A stretch of DNA of 64,000 bases from Clostridia bacterium (GTDB lineage Bacteria > Bacillota > Peptococcia > Peptococcales > BICA1-8). Both the position numbers and the translations under genes were made by a program. Under the pieces are notes generated by a model, which made no database searches, was not told the DNA's origin, and was given only the letters and a program-made list of their open reading frames with translations. Below are positions 8,421-16,356 of the stretch, one piece after another. The stretch lies in contig JASKKI010000003.1 of NCBI GenBank assembly GCA_030154225.1, forward strand, positions 14,217 to 78,216, written 5' to 3'. Numbering within the stretch: the stretch's first letter is position 1; each line of letters begins with the position of its first letter.

Positions 8421-9044
8421 TTATTTAACAAAGTTGTCCACTTTTTCTTTACTACCTTCCGGTCCGATATATACTAATATATCTCCTTCATGGATAATCA
8501 TTTCCGAATCGGGAGACAGGTATTCTTCACCACTTCTTTCAACTGCTAATACTGTAGCATCTGTATGGGCCCTAAAGTTAACCTCCTTCAAGCTTTTCTC
8601 TATTAAAGGAGAGCCTTTTTTTATTTCTACTTCTTCAACCTTCGGTAAGATGTTTATTAAACGGGAACTAAAAGCCATAATCTTTTTAATCTGATTTTCA
8701 ATAGCTAAGTCTAATTCCCTTCTTTTATCCAATAATTCAGCAAATTCCTGCTGGGCTTGGGCTAAACCTTTTCGTTGGTTAAAATTTTCAAGGTATTGTT
8801 TAGCGGCGTCTTGATCAATAACTATAATCCCTCTTCCCGCTACTACTTGAACGATATTCATGCTTTGTAATACTGCAACGGCCCTTCTTATTGTTTCTGG
8901 TGATACATTATATTGTCCAGCCAATGTGGAACGGCCATAAAGTTTTGTACCAACTTTATATTCATTATGAGCAATTTTAGAGGCTAAATCTACAGCAATT
9001 TGTTCATACCTGGCTATTTCAGTTAGATCTTTGAATTGACCCAT
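8421..9044 (-). CDS. GntR-type winged-helix regulator fused to a TrkA-C (RCK_C) ligand-binding domain
   Basis: N-terminus: STLAGQYNVSPETIRRAVAVLQSMNIV (wHTH). C-terminus: GSPLIEKSLKEVNFRAHTDATVLAVERSGEEYLSPDSEMIIHEGDILVYIG (TrkA_C-like). Confidence 0.75.
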   Translation of the reverse strand: MGQFKDLTEIARYEQIAVDLASKIAHNEYKVGTKLYGRSTLAGQYNVSPETIRRAVAVLQSMNIVQVVAGRGIIVIDQDAAKQYLENFNQRKGLAQAQQEFAELLDKRRELDLAIENQIKKIMAFSSRLINILPKVEEVEIKKGSPLIEKSLKEVNFRAHTDATVLAVERSGEEYLSPDSEMIIHEGDILVYIGPEGSKEKVDNFVK

Positions 9045-9079
9045 GACTATCCTCCTCAGTATAAAAATACAACAACTTC

Positions 9080-9108
9080 ATTATACGTTTTTGTTGTTAG
9101 ATTAACAA
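9080..9108 (-). promoter_or_regulatory. Putative sigma-A promoter of the GntR/TrkA-C gene (TTGTTA-17-TATAAT)
   Basis: On the minus strand the -35 is 9108-9103 and the -10 is 9085-9080, with a 17-nt spacer. An AACAAC/GTTGTT inverted repeat overlaps it and is a possible operator. Confidence 0.45.
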
Positions 9109-9149
9109 GCAGCTCCGTATAAAAATTTCAATTTTTCCTGCTAAAGGTG

Positions 9150-9178
9150 TTTACAAATATATGCCATAGTTATATAAT
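9150..9178 (+). promoter_or_regulatory. Near-consensus sigma-A promoter TTTACA-17-TATAAT firing on the plus strand
   Basis: -35 at 9150-9155, 17-nt spacer, -10 at 9173-9178. It is divergent from the promoter at 9080-9108. Confidence 0.6.
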
Positions 9179-9283
9179 GTGCTTGTAAGTACAAATTGAT
9201 ATTTTCCAAGGTTAAAGTACTCCGATTATTGGACACTTTAACTAAAAAACTTGCATTTGGTAAGAACAACCCTTACTAATCCT

Positions 9284-9336
9284 GCAGGTATCTATTCCAC
9301 ATCTCAGTGGTTTTAGGTATCTGCATTTTTATTTTT
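9284..9336 (+). terminator. Intrinsic terminator 1 of the plus-strand unit
   Basis: GCAGGTATCT (9284-9293) pairs with AGGTATCTGC (9315-9324): 10 bp including two G-U pairs. ATTTTTATTTTT follows. Confidence 0.55.
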
Positions 9337-9437
9337 AAGGCTTTTGGTTCCATGTCCCTAGATATGTACCTTAAGCTTAGATCCGACTGGCTATTTACAC
9401 TGCTAAAAAAAACATTTTAGTAATCTGTAAATATACC

Positions 9438-9477
9438 GACAGTCGGGCTGCTAAATTAGCACCCTACTGTCTTTTTT
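9438..9477 (+). terminator. Intrinsic terminator 2, about 50 nt upstream of the small ORF
   Basis: GACAGTCGGGCTGC-TAAATTA-GCACCCTACTGTC followed by TTTTTT. Confidence 0.7.
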
Positions 9478-9529
9478 GTCTCCTAAGGTTATATATGTGC
9501 TCTTAAGAATCTGAAAGGGGGTAATTAAT

Positions 9530-9679
9530 ATGCTTAAAATTAAAATGTTTTTTGGTATCTCTTTACTCGGCGCATTCATACTTGTCAACGCTTTGGCAAA
9601 TGTTATCTATAAAGAAGAACATACCGTTTCCAGCACGCAGCTTATTACACCTTATGGAACAGTATATCCTGCTAAATAA
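9530..9679 (+). CDS. Unannotated 49-aa small protein with an N-terminal hydrophobic helix or signal-like segment
   Basis: AAGGGGG SD followed by ATG at 9530. Translation: MLKIKMFFGISLLGAFILVNALANVIYKEEHTVSSTQLITPYGTVYPAK. TAA at 9677-9679, then its own terminator. Too short to appear in the ORF track. Confidence 0.55.
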   Translation: MLKIKMFFGISLLGAFILVNALANVIYKEEHTVSSTQLITPYGTVYPAK

Positions 9680-9716
9680 TTGTTAATTAGTAAGCCTTTT
9701 CATACACTTCTTTTTT

Positions 9717-9742
9717 TACCGCCACCAGGCGGTATTTTTTTT
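9717..9742 (+). terminator. Intrinsic terminator after the small ORF
   Basis: TACCGCC-ACCA-GGCGGTA followed by T8. Confidence 0.75.
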
Positions 9743-9776
9743 AGACTGTTCAAAAACGCGTATAACAAGGCATCTT

Positions 9777-10991
9777 TTATTTTACGTCATTAAAGACCAT
9801 TTTAATAAGTAATGGTGTTATCACTGTTGTCACTATAGTAATGGTAACCATAGCTGTATATAAATCTGTAGTCAATAGACCCGAGCCAAACCCTATATTA
9901 GCAACAATTAAGGCAACTTCTCCCCTGGAAACCATTCCAGCACCTATGCCTAAAGAACTTTTCAGATTAAAACCTGTAATTAAAGCCCCTGCCCCCGCTC
10001 CCATTACTTTGGTAATAACAGCAATTACCGAAGTTACTATAGTAAATATTAATAAATGTCCGGTTAGGCTATTTATATCTGCCATTACACCTATACTTAC
10101 AAAAAAAATAGGAAAAAAAAACGATTGGCCAATGGCTTCTACTTTTTCCAGTAAATTGAATTTATTCCCGGTTTTACTGATCATTATCCCGGCAAAATAA
10201 GCCCCCACAATACCTGCCAGGCCCAAATATTCAGCAAATATTGAAAAAATAAAAACAATTATTAAGGCTAAGGTTAATTCACCTTCTGTTACAAGTATTT
10301 TTGAAGCCAGTGCAAACAGCAGGGGGACAATTAAATATCCTGAGATAACAGCAAAGATAAAAAAAACAATGATTTTTAAAATAACTAAAGTTAAAATTGA
10401 AATCTCCTCCCCCCCTACTGTTAAAGCTAACACCATACTCAAAATTATTAATCCCAGTACATCATCTATTACAGCAGCCCCCAAAATAGTAAAACCTTCC
10501 CTGGAGCGCAACTTACCTATTTCCCTTAATGTTTGTACTGAAATGCTTACACTAGTAGAAACTAGAATTACACCTATAAATAAGGCAACATTAAAGGAAT
10601 AACCACTTAATAATCCATATCCCAGGCCCGCTCCTAAAGGTAAAAAAACTCCTCCTATCGCTGTAAAAAAAGAAGAAACTATACTTTTTCTAAATTCAGC
10701 GATATTTGTCTCGAGACCGGCTAAAAACATTAACATTAGTACTCCTACCTGGGCAAGTTCTTTTAAAATGATATTTGAGTGTAAAATATTCAATATAGAC
10801 GGTCCCAGAATTATACCAACTAAGAGTTTACCAAATAAAGATGGTTGGCCAAATTTCACGGAAAGATGACCCAGAATTATTACTGCAAAAAAAATAATGA
10901 CTAATTCTTTTAAAAAGCCATTTTGAACTAAGATATTTTTAAAGGCATAAGTTAATTGATAAAAAATAGCTAAAGTATAGGTTATCAACAA
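9777..10991 (-). CDS. cation:proton antiporter, CPA2 (Na_H_Exchanger) membrane domain only
   Basis: 404 aa and polytopic, with GQPSLFGKLLVGIILGPSILN. TTG start with AAAGGGGA upstream. It has no RCK domain of its own. Confidence 0.8.
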   Translation of the reverse strand: MLITYTLAIFYQLTYAFKNILVQNGFLKELVIIFFAVIILGHLSVKFGQPSLFGKLLVGIILGPSILNILHSNIILKELAQVGVLMLMFLAGLETNIAEFRKSIVSSFFTAIGGVFLPLGAGLGYGLLSGYSFNVALFIGVILVSTSVSISVQTLREIGKLRSREGFTILGAAVIDDVLGLIILSMVLALTVGGEEISILTLVILKIIVFFIFAVISGYLIVPLLFALASKILVTEGELTLALIIVFIFSIFAEYLGLAGIVGAYFAGIMISKTGNKFNLLEKVEAIGQSFFFPIFFVSIGVMADINSLTGHLLIFTIVTSVIAVITKVMGAGAGALITGFNLKSSLGIGAGMVSRGEVALIVANIGFGSGLLTTDLYTAMVTITIVTTVITPLLIKMVFNDVK

Positions 10992-11073
10992 TTATATCCC
11001 CTTTTTCCTCTGTCTCTTTGTTAAAATTTAATAAAATACTTTAGCTACTATTACTGGAAAATGATACCATAAG

Positions 11074-11096
11074 AAAAACTGGCTACGCCAGTTTTT
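11074..11096. terminator. Bidirectional-type terminator AAAAACTGGC-TAC-GCCAGTTTTT after prmC
   Basis: Stem CTGGC/GCCAG flanked by an A5 run and a T5 run. Confidence 0.6.
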
Positions 11097-11128
11097 AGGT
11101 TTCCCTTCGCCAGGTTTAGGTTGAGGTT
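11097..11128. repeat. Dispersed intergenic repeat, family E copy
   Basis: AGGTTTCCCTTCGCCAGGTTTAGGTTGAGGTT. Compare 2372-2410. Confidence 0.6.
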
Positions 11129-11189
11129 AAATTGTTACTGATTGTAAGAAGTCAAAAAAGCTAGACATTAATGATGATATGGTTTTTCC

Positions 11190-11209
11190 GGGCACTGGTC
11201 ACTGGGCAC
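11190..11209. repeat. Dispersed repeat, family B (GGGCACTGGTCACnGGGCAC)
   Basis: Matches 24032-24051 at 19/20. It abuts the prmC stop codon at 11211. Confidence 0.75.
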
Positions 11210-11210
11210 A

Positions 11211-12062
11211 TTATCTTTTTGCCTTAACTACCCTATCATTATTAGCCCAGTCTTTAATAATGCTACACTGGGAAAAACCCCTGGTGAGGCATAAATTTTT
11301 TACCTTTTCCCCCTGCTGCCAGCCAATCTCTACCAGAAGATATCCTGGAGATTTAAGATAATCAAACCCGATATTTATAATCTTCCTGTAAAATTCCAGA
11401 CCATCAGCTCCACCCCACAGGGCAATAAACGGCTCTTTCTTTACATCTGCCGGCAGGTCTTCCATTTCCTTGGTAGATAGATAAGGAGGATTACTTACAA
11501 TTAGATCAAAATCCATCCCTACTACCGGTTTAAAAAGGTCACCCCGGAAAAATTCTATTCTTTGAGAGACTTTATTTAATTCCGCATTATTCTTGGCAAC
11601 CTCTAAAGCTTCTCCAGATATATCAGTAGCGAAAACTACAGCACGGGGAATATATTTGGCCAGGCTAACGGCAATGGCCCCACTTCCTGTACACAAATCT
11701 AAAATTTTTAAAGGTCCTTTTCTCTCCCCAGCTAAATTAATTACCTCTTCAACCAGTACTTCGGTATCTGATCTGGGAATCAGAACACTTTTATTTACTA
11801 TAAAATCCAATCCCATAAAATTCTGCTTGCCAAGTAAATACTGTAAAGGTTCCCCTGCTTTCCTTGACTCAATGAAGTTTATAAATTCATTGACTTGCTC
11901 CACAGATAGAAATTGGTCTTGATATGCCAGCAGTTTAGCTCTGGAATAGCCAGATACTCTGGCTAACAAAAGCTCTGCTTCTATTCTTTTTTCTTTTCCT
12001 AAAAAAAGGGCCGCCCACTGCAATAATTGTTTTACAGTCTGCGGCTTAGTATAATCTCTCAT
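11211..12062 (-). CDS. prmC: peptide chain release factor N5-glutamine methyltransferase
   Basis: 283 aa with DLCTGSGAI and the NPPY motif. Lies directly after prfA. Confidence 0.93.
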   Translation of the reverse strand: MRDYTKPQTVKQLLQWAALFLGKEKRIEAELLLARVSGYSRAKLLAYQDQFLSVEQVNEFINFIESRKAGEPLQYLLGKQNFMGLDFIVNKSVLIPRSDTEVLVEEVINLAGERKGPLKILDLCTGSGAIAVSLAKYIPRAVVFATDISGEALEVAKNNAELNKVSQRIEFFRGDLFKPVVGMDFDLIVSNPPYLSTKEMEDLPADVKKEPFIALWGGADGLEFYRKIINIGFDYLKSPGYLLVEIGWQQGEKVKNLCLTRGFSQCSIIKDWANNDRVVKAKR

Positions 12063-13130
12063 TTATTCCACCTGCTTTAATTTTTCAGCTTGGTCAATAG
12101 TTATTAAAGCATCAATAATCTCATCTAATTCACCTAAAAGGATCTGATCTAATTTGTGTAAAGTTAGGCCAATTCTATGATCAGTTACTCGCCCCTGAGG
12201 GAAATTATAGGTTCTGATTCTTTCACTGCGGTCACCGGTACCTACCTGTGTTTTCCGGGTAGCAGCTAATTCACCCATTTGTTCTTCCTGAGCTTTTTCC
12301 AATAGTCTGGATCTCAATACTTTTAAAGCTTTGTCTTTATTTTTATGCTGTGATTTTTCATCCTGACAGGAAACAACCAATCCGGTAGGAATATGGGTTA
12401 TCCTAACCGCTGACTGGGTGGTATTAACCGACTGTCCACCAGGCCCACTGGAACAGAATACATCTATCCTTAATTCATTGGGATCGATTTGCACATCAAC
12501 TTCCTCTGCCTCCGGTAAAACTGCTACAGTAGCTGTAGAAGTATGAATGCGTCCTCCTGATTCGGTAGTTGGAACACGTTGTACTCGATGCACTCCACTT
12601 TCAAATTTCAGCCTGCTGTAAGCACCTAGACCCTGGATTAAGAAAATAACTTCCTTAAATCCACCTACATCTGAATAGTGGGCACTCATTATTTCTGTTT
12701 TCCAGCCCTTAGTTTCAGCATAGCGTGTATACATCCTATAAAGATCCCCTGCAAATAATCCGGCCTCATCTCCACCGGCACCTGCTCTAATCTCCATAAT
12801 AACGTTCTTTTCATCATTAGGATCCTTGGGTAAAAGTAGTATTTTTAATTCCTCTTCTAATTTTTCTTTCTTTTCCTCCAATTCCTCAATTTCCATCTCC
12901 ACCAGATCTTTCATATCGGGATCCAATTTGTCATCTAGTAATACTCTGGCCTCTTTAAGCTCTTCATTTACTTTTTTATAGGAGCGGTAGGCTTCTACAA
13001 TCTCTGTTAATTCTGATTGAGCCTTGGCATGTTTTTGTAATTCACTGGGATTATTAATTACTTCCGGGTCACTCATCAATACATTAAGTTCTTCGTATCT
13101 ATCCTCAAGATGTTGCAGTTTTTCAAACAT
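12063..13130 (-). CDS. prfA: peptide chain release factor 1
   Basis: GGQ motif (SGPGGQSVN) and PxT-type region ([10 protein letters not shown]). Start set at MFEKLQ (13130) with AGGGGTGA upstream. Confidence 0.95.
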   Translation of the reverse strand: MFEKLQHLEDRYEELNVLMSDPEVINNPSELQKHAKAQSELTEIVEAYRSYKKVNEELKEARVLLDDKLDPDMKDLVEMEIEELEEKKEKLEEELKILLLPKDPNDEKNVIMEIRAGAGGDEAGLFAGDLYRMYTRYAETKGWKTEIMSAHYSDVGGFKEVIFLIQGLGAYSRLKFESGVHRVQRVPTTESGGRIHTSTATVAVLPEAEEVDVQIDPNELRIDVFCSSGPGGQSVNTTQSAVRITHIPTGLVVSCQDEKSQHKNKDKALKVLRSRLLEKAQEEQMGELAATRKTQVGTGDRSERIRTYNFPQGRVTDHRIGLTLHKLDQILLGELDEIIDALITIDQAEKLKQVE

Positions 13131-13167
13131 TGTTTCACCCCTCAATGGCTTATATGTCAATTTATTC

Positions 13168-13226
13168 CGTTAGTGTTAAAATTAATATGAAATCACGACA
13201 CTTTATACTTACACACTCTCACACTG
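13168..13226. repeat. Family A-related inverted word pair overlapping the 3' end of the DUF1385 ORF
   Basis: GTTAGTGTT at 13170-13178 faces ACACACTCTCACAC at 13211-13224. The last six codons (NQCESV) and the stop of ORF 13209..14090 are encoded by the repeat. Confidence 0.55.
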
Positions 13227-14090
13227 GTTATTGTCCTTTTCTATTACTCTTTCTAAAGCCTTTATTGCGACTTCTATCTGACTATCATCAGGTTCACGGG
13301 TGGTTAACTTCTGCAGCATCATTCCCGGCCAGTTTAAAACCTTGATAATAGGTTTATCTGTATGTTTACCTGCATATTTAAGGAATTCGTATGATATTCC
13401 CGCAATGAACGGTAATAAAATAACCCGGGATATTAAGCGCCACCAGAAAACTTCTACACCCAGTAAAGAGAAGACTAGAATACTTATAACCATAACAATA
13501 AGCAAAAAACTCGTCCCACACCTAGGGTGCAAAGTTGAGTATTTTTGACAATTGGTAACAGTCAATTCTTCTCCAGCTTCATAAGTATGAATAACCTTAT
13601 GTTCCGCACCATGATATTGAAAGACCCTTTGGATATCTTTTAATACCGAGATACCAATTACATATAAGATGAAAATACTAATCCTGATAATACCTTCAAT
13701 AAGATTTTGCCAAAGGGGATCAGAGACATACTTTTTCAATAGATGGGCTAGAATTGCTGGAGTAATAAAAAATAATAAAATACCTAACCCTAAAGCCAGG
13801 GCTACTGTGAAAAACATTTCACCTTTAGTAAGCTCCTCTTCCTCACTTTCAGCTGATTCGTTAGCTGAAAAAGTTAGGGCTTTTATACCAATTACTAAAG
13901 CTTCAATCAAAGCAACACTCCCCCGTAAGAAAGGCCATTTTAAAAAAGGATATTTGTCAGCAATGCTTTCAATTTGCTCTATTTTACATGTAATATCATT
14001 ATTGCTTTTCCTGACCGCCATTGCCAAATTTTTTTTACCCCGCATCATTACTCCTTCGATGAGAGCCTGACCGCCATATTGGAAGTTCAT
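13209..14090 (-). CDS. DUF1385 family membrane protein
   Basis: 293 aa with YGGQALIEGVMMRG and YHGAEHKVIH. Its usual neighbourhood is upstream of prfA/prmC. Confidence 0.8.
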   Translation of the reverse strand: MNFQYGGQALIEGVMMRGKKNLAMAVRKSNNDITCKIEQIESIADKYPFLKWPFLRGSVALIEALVIGIKALTFSANESAESEEEELTKGEMFFTVALALGLGILLFFITPAILAHLLKKYVSDPLWQNLIEGIIRISIFILYVIGISVLKDIQRVFQYHGAEHKVIHTYEAGEELTVTNCQKYSTLHPRCGTSFLLIVMVISILVFSLLGVEVFWWRLISRVILLPFIAGISYEFLKYAGKHTDKPIIKVLNWPGMMLQKLTTREPDDSQIEVAIKALERVIEKDNNQCESV

Positions 14091-14290
14091 TCTATAATCA
14101 CCTACCTAACTTTTACATCAAGTGGCTAGTGGTTTGTTTTAACTTTATGAGTTTAGATAAGCTTATTATAAATCTCAAGCCACTATTATTCAAACCTATT
14201 TTTTTACCATCAAGCTAACTGATACAAAATTAAGGTTGTTCAAGAGCCATTAAAACAAGGTCCCTGGCATTAAAACCATAATACAAACAT

Positions 14291-14326
14291 AAAAAATGTG
14301 TCTACCTAAAACATAGTAGACACATT
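14291..14326 (-). terminator. Intrinsic terminator of the Mrp-like operon
   Basis: 10-bp stem AATGTGTCTA/TAGACACATT, followed on the minus strand by TTTTTT. Confidence 0.7.
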
Positions 14327-14392
14327 AAATACTGTGTTTCGTTAGAGCCAGGGACGTAGTTAGACGAAGCTTTACAAGAAGCTATTATAATT

Positions 14393-16120
14393 TTATGCTA
14401 TCCAGATATAAGAAACGGTAATTAAAAACACGATTAAACTCATCAATACTGTGACACCTATGGGAAAACGGTATCTATTTTCGTCATATTCAGCTAAAGC
14501 AGGTCCTTCTTTAGTTTGAGGTGCCCATTTTACCGGATTGGCAAAGAAAGGTAAAACACTTTTTAAGGCAGCCATTCCTTGTGCACCCAGGAAATCTCTG
14601 GTAGTGCAAACAAAGTTTACAATACCAATCATTAATGCTTTAACTGGTTTTCTGTAGAACCAATCTGTGTCGACAGAAATAGTAGGTTCTCCACCCAATT
14701 TAGGAATATAGATCCAGAATGCAGCCAAAGCTGCTACCAGGAGCTGAACTGTTGAGACTACGTGATCCCAGGAGTATGGGTGATACTCTGCTGCAAATGG
14801 AAGATATTGATATAAGAGGAAAGGAGCTACCCCGTACAAGGTACATAAGAATGCTCCACCTCCCATTGCTACGTACATGTTTAAGGGTAACTTTCTTTCT
14901 AATTTAATTCCACGGTCAGGACCAAAGAACATAAAATATGGTAACTTCAAGCCTGTGTGTAGCCATGTCCCTATACTTGCCAGGTAAAGTAACAACTCAA
15001 CAGCAGGCATATGATTATATGAAGCAGCAGATATAATCATCGACTTACTGATAAAGCCGTTCCATAAAGGTACACCGGAAATGGAGAAAGCCCCAATCAT
15101 ATAAAGGATAACCGCTACAGGCATTTCCCGGAAGAAACCACCCAGTTCTGTCAGCTTACGACGCCCTGTTGCATAAATTACAGCACCTGCACCCATAAAT
15201 AATAAAGACTTATACAGGATGTGACTGAAGGCGTGGGCAGTGGCCCCATTTAATGCCAAATCAGTTCCCATACCTACCGCTGCTACCATATAACCAACCT
15301 GACTGATAATATGGTACGCCAATAAGCGGCGTATATCATTTTCTAATACAGCATAGACAACCCCGTATAAGGCCATAATTACACCGGCCCAGATGAGGAG
15401 TTCAGTACCTGCAAATAATCTTATTAAAGTATAGACGGCAACTTTTGTAGTAAAGGAACTTAAAAACACACTACCGGTTATTGTTCCTTCTGGATAGGCA
15501 TCTGTCAACCAGGCATGTAGAGGTGGAATAGCAGCATTGATAGCTACTCCCAATAATATCAGCCAGAAGGCAGTATCATTAGTACCAGTTAACAGCATAA
15601 CATCCGGTTGCCCGGCCATCATTTTTAAGAATATCCCTGCTAGAAACAGGTTACCTCCAAAAGCATGAACTAGAATATACCGGAAACCGGCCCCCCGGGC
15701 TTGTGCATTTCCCCTGTACCAAATGAGGAAAACGGAGGATGCGGCCATTAATTCCCAGAAAAAGATTAATGTCATCCAGTCACCGGCAAAGACAACACCT
15801 AAGGAACTACCTGCATAAAGAAGACCCGCTGTAGCTTCCCAAGAATTTTTATTATGCAATGAGTAGATATTACCTAAAAGGGCCATTATGCTAAAAATCA
15901 AACCAAAAACCCAGGATAACTTATCTACTTTAAGTAAGATAAGCTGCATGTTGTTAATAAAATCTACGGACCATATTGTTTCTAGTTGTAGATTGAACAT
16001 AGAAAATACTGCTAAAGCCGGTACACCAACCATAACTGCCTGGCGAAGGCGAGTTGGCAAAAAGCCTGCTAAAATACCACCAAAGATCAATATCAACCCA
16101 GGATGTAAATTACCAAACAT
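14393..16120 (-). CDS. Mrp/NuoL-like proton-conducting antiporter subunit (third large subunit, with C-terminal extension)
   Basis: 575 aa of the Proton_antipo_M type (e.g. WLTDAYPEG, HAFSHILYKSLLFMGAG). Its start overlaps the upstream gene by 1 nt. Confidence 0.8.
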   Translation of the reverse strand: MFGNLHPGLILIFGGILAGFLPTRLRQAVMVGVPALAVFSMFNLQLETIWSVDFINNMQLILLKVDKLSWVFGLIFSIMALLGNIYSLHNKNSWEATAGLLYAGSSLGVVFAGDWMTLIFFWELMAASSVFLIWYRGNAQARGAGFRYILVHAFGGNLFLAGIFLKMMAGQPDVMLLTGTNDTAFWLILLGVAINAAIPPLHAWLTDAYPEGTITGSVFLSSFTTKVAVYTLIRLFAGTELLIWAGVIMALYGVVYAVLENDIRRLLAYHIISQVGYMVAAVGMGTDLALNGATAHAFSHILYKSLLFMGAGAVIYATGRRKLTELGGFFREMPVAVILYMIGAFSISGVPLWNGFISKSMIISAASYNHMPAVELLLYLASIGTWLHTGLKLPYFMFFGPDRGIKLERKLPLNMYVAMGGGAFLCTLYGVAPFLLYQYLPFAAEYHPYSWDHVVSTVQLLVAALAAFWIYIPKLGGEPTISVDTDWFYRKPVKALMIGIVNFVCTTRDFLGAQGMAALKSVLPFFANPVKWAPQTKEGPALAEYDENRYRFPIGVTVLMSLIVFLITVSYIWIA

Positions 16121-16356
16121 CAGTCCTCACCTCCACCGTAGAACTCTTCATCCCGTTGAATAAATAATTTACCTAATTTTTTAGAGATGACTATTATAGC
16201 TACACAACCAATAAAGCCATAAATTGTGTCAAAACCAATAAAACCATGCCACCAGTACTTAACATGATGGTGAACAAAGAACAAATCCAGGAGGATGAAT
16301 ACTACTGTAATAATCCCGCATATTGTTAATACCTTTTTAGTATCCATCATTACCAC
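16120..16356 (-). CDS. small two-TM membrane protein embedded in the Mrp-like operon
   Basis: 78 aa with two hydrophobic helices. Overlaps both neighbours, which suggests translational coupling. No family recognised. Confidence 0.55.
   Translation of the reverse strand: MVMMDTKKVLTICGIITVVFILLDLFFVHHHVKYWWHGFIGFDTIYGFIGCVAIIVISKKLGKLFIQRDEEFYGGGED

Noticed and set aside
8258-8431. 58-aa N-terminal extension of the Sua5/TsaC ORF. Similar extensions occur on sdhC (48982-49140), prfA, pyrG, sucC, dCMP deaminase, mrpE, the spo0F-like gene and glpK.
   Set aside because: The extensions contain the genes' own Shine-Dalgarno sequences or terminator hairpins and do not resemble the families. Internal starts with good SD spacing give family-typical N-termini.
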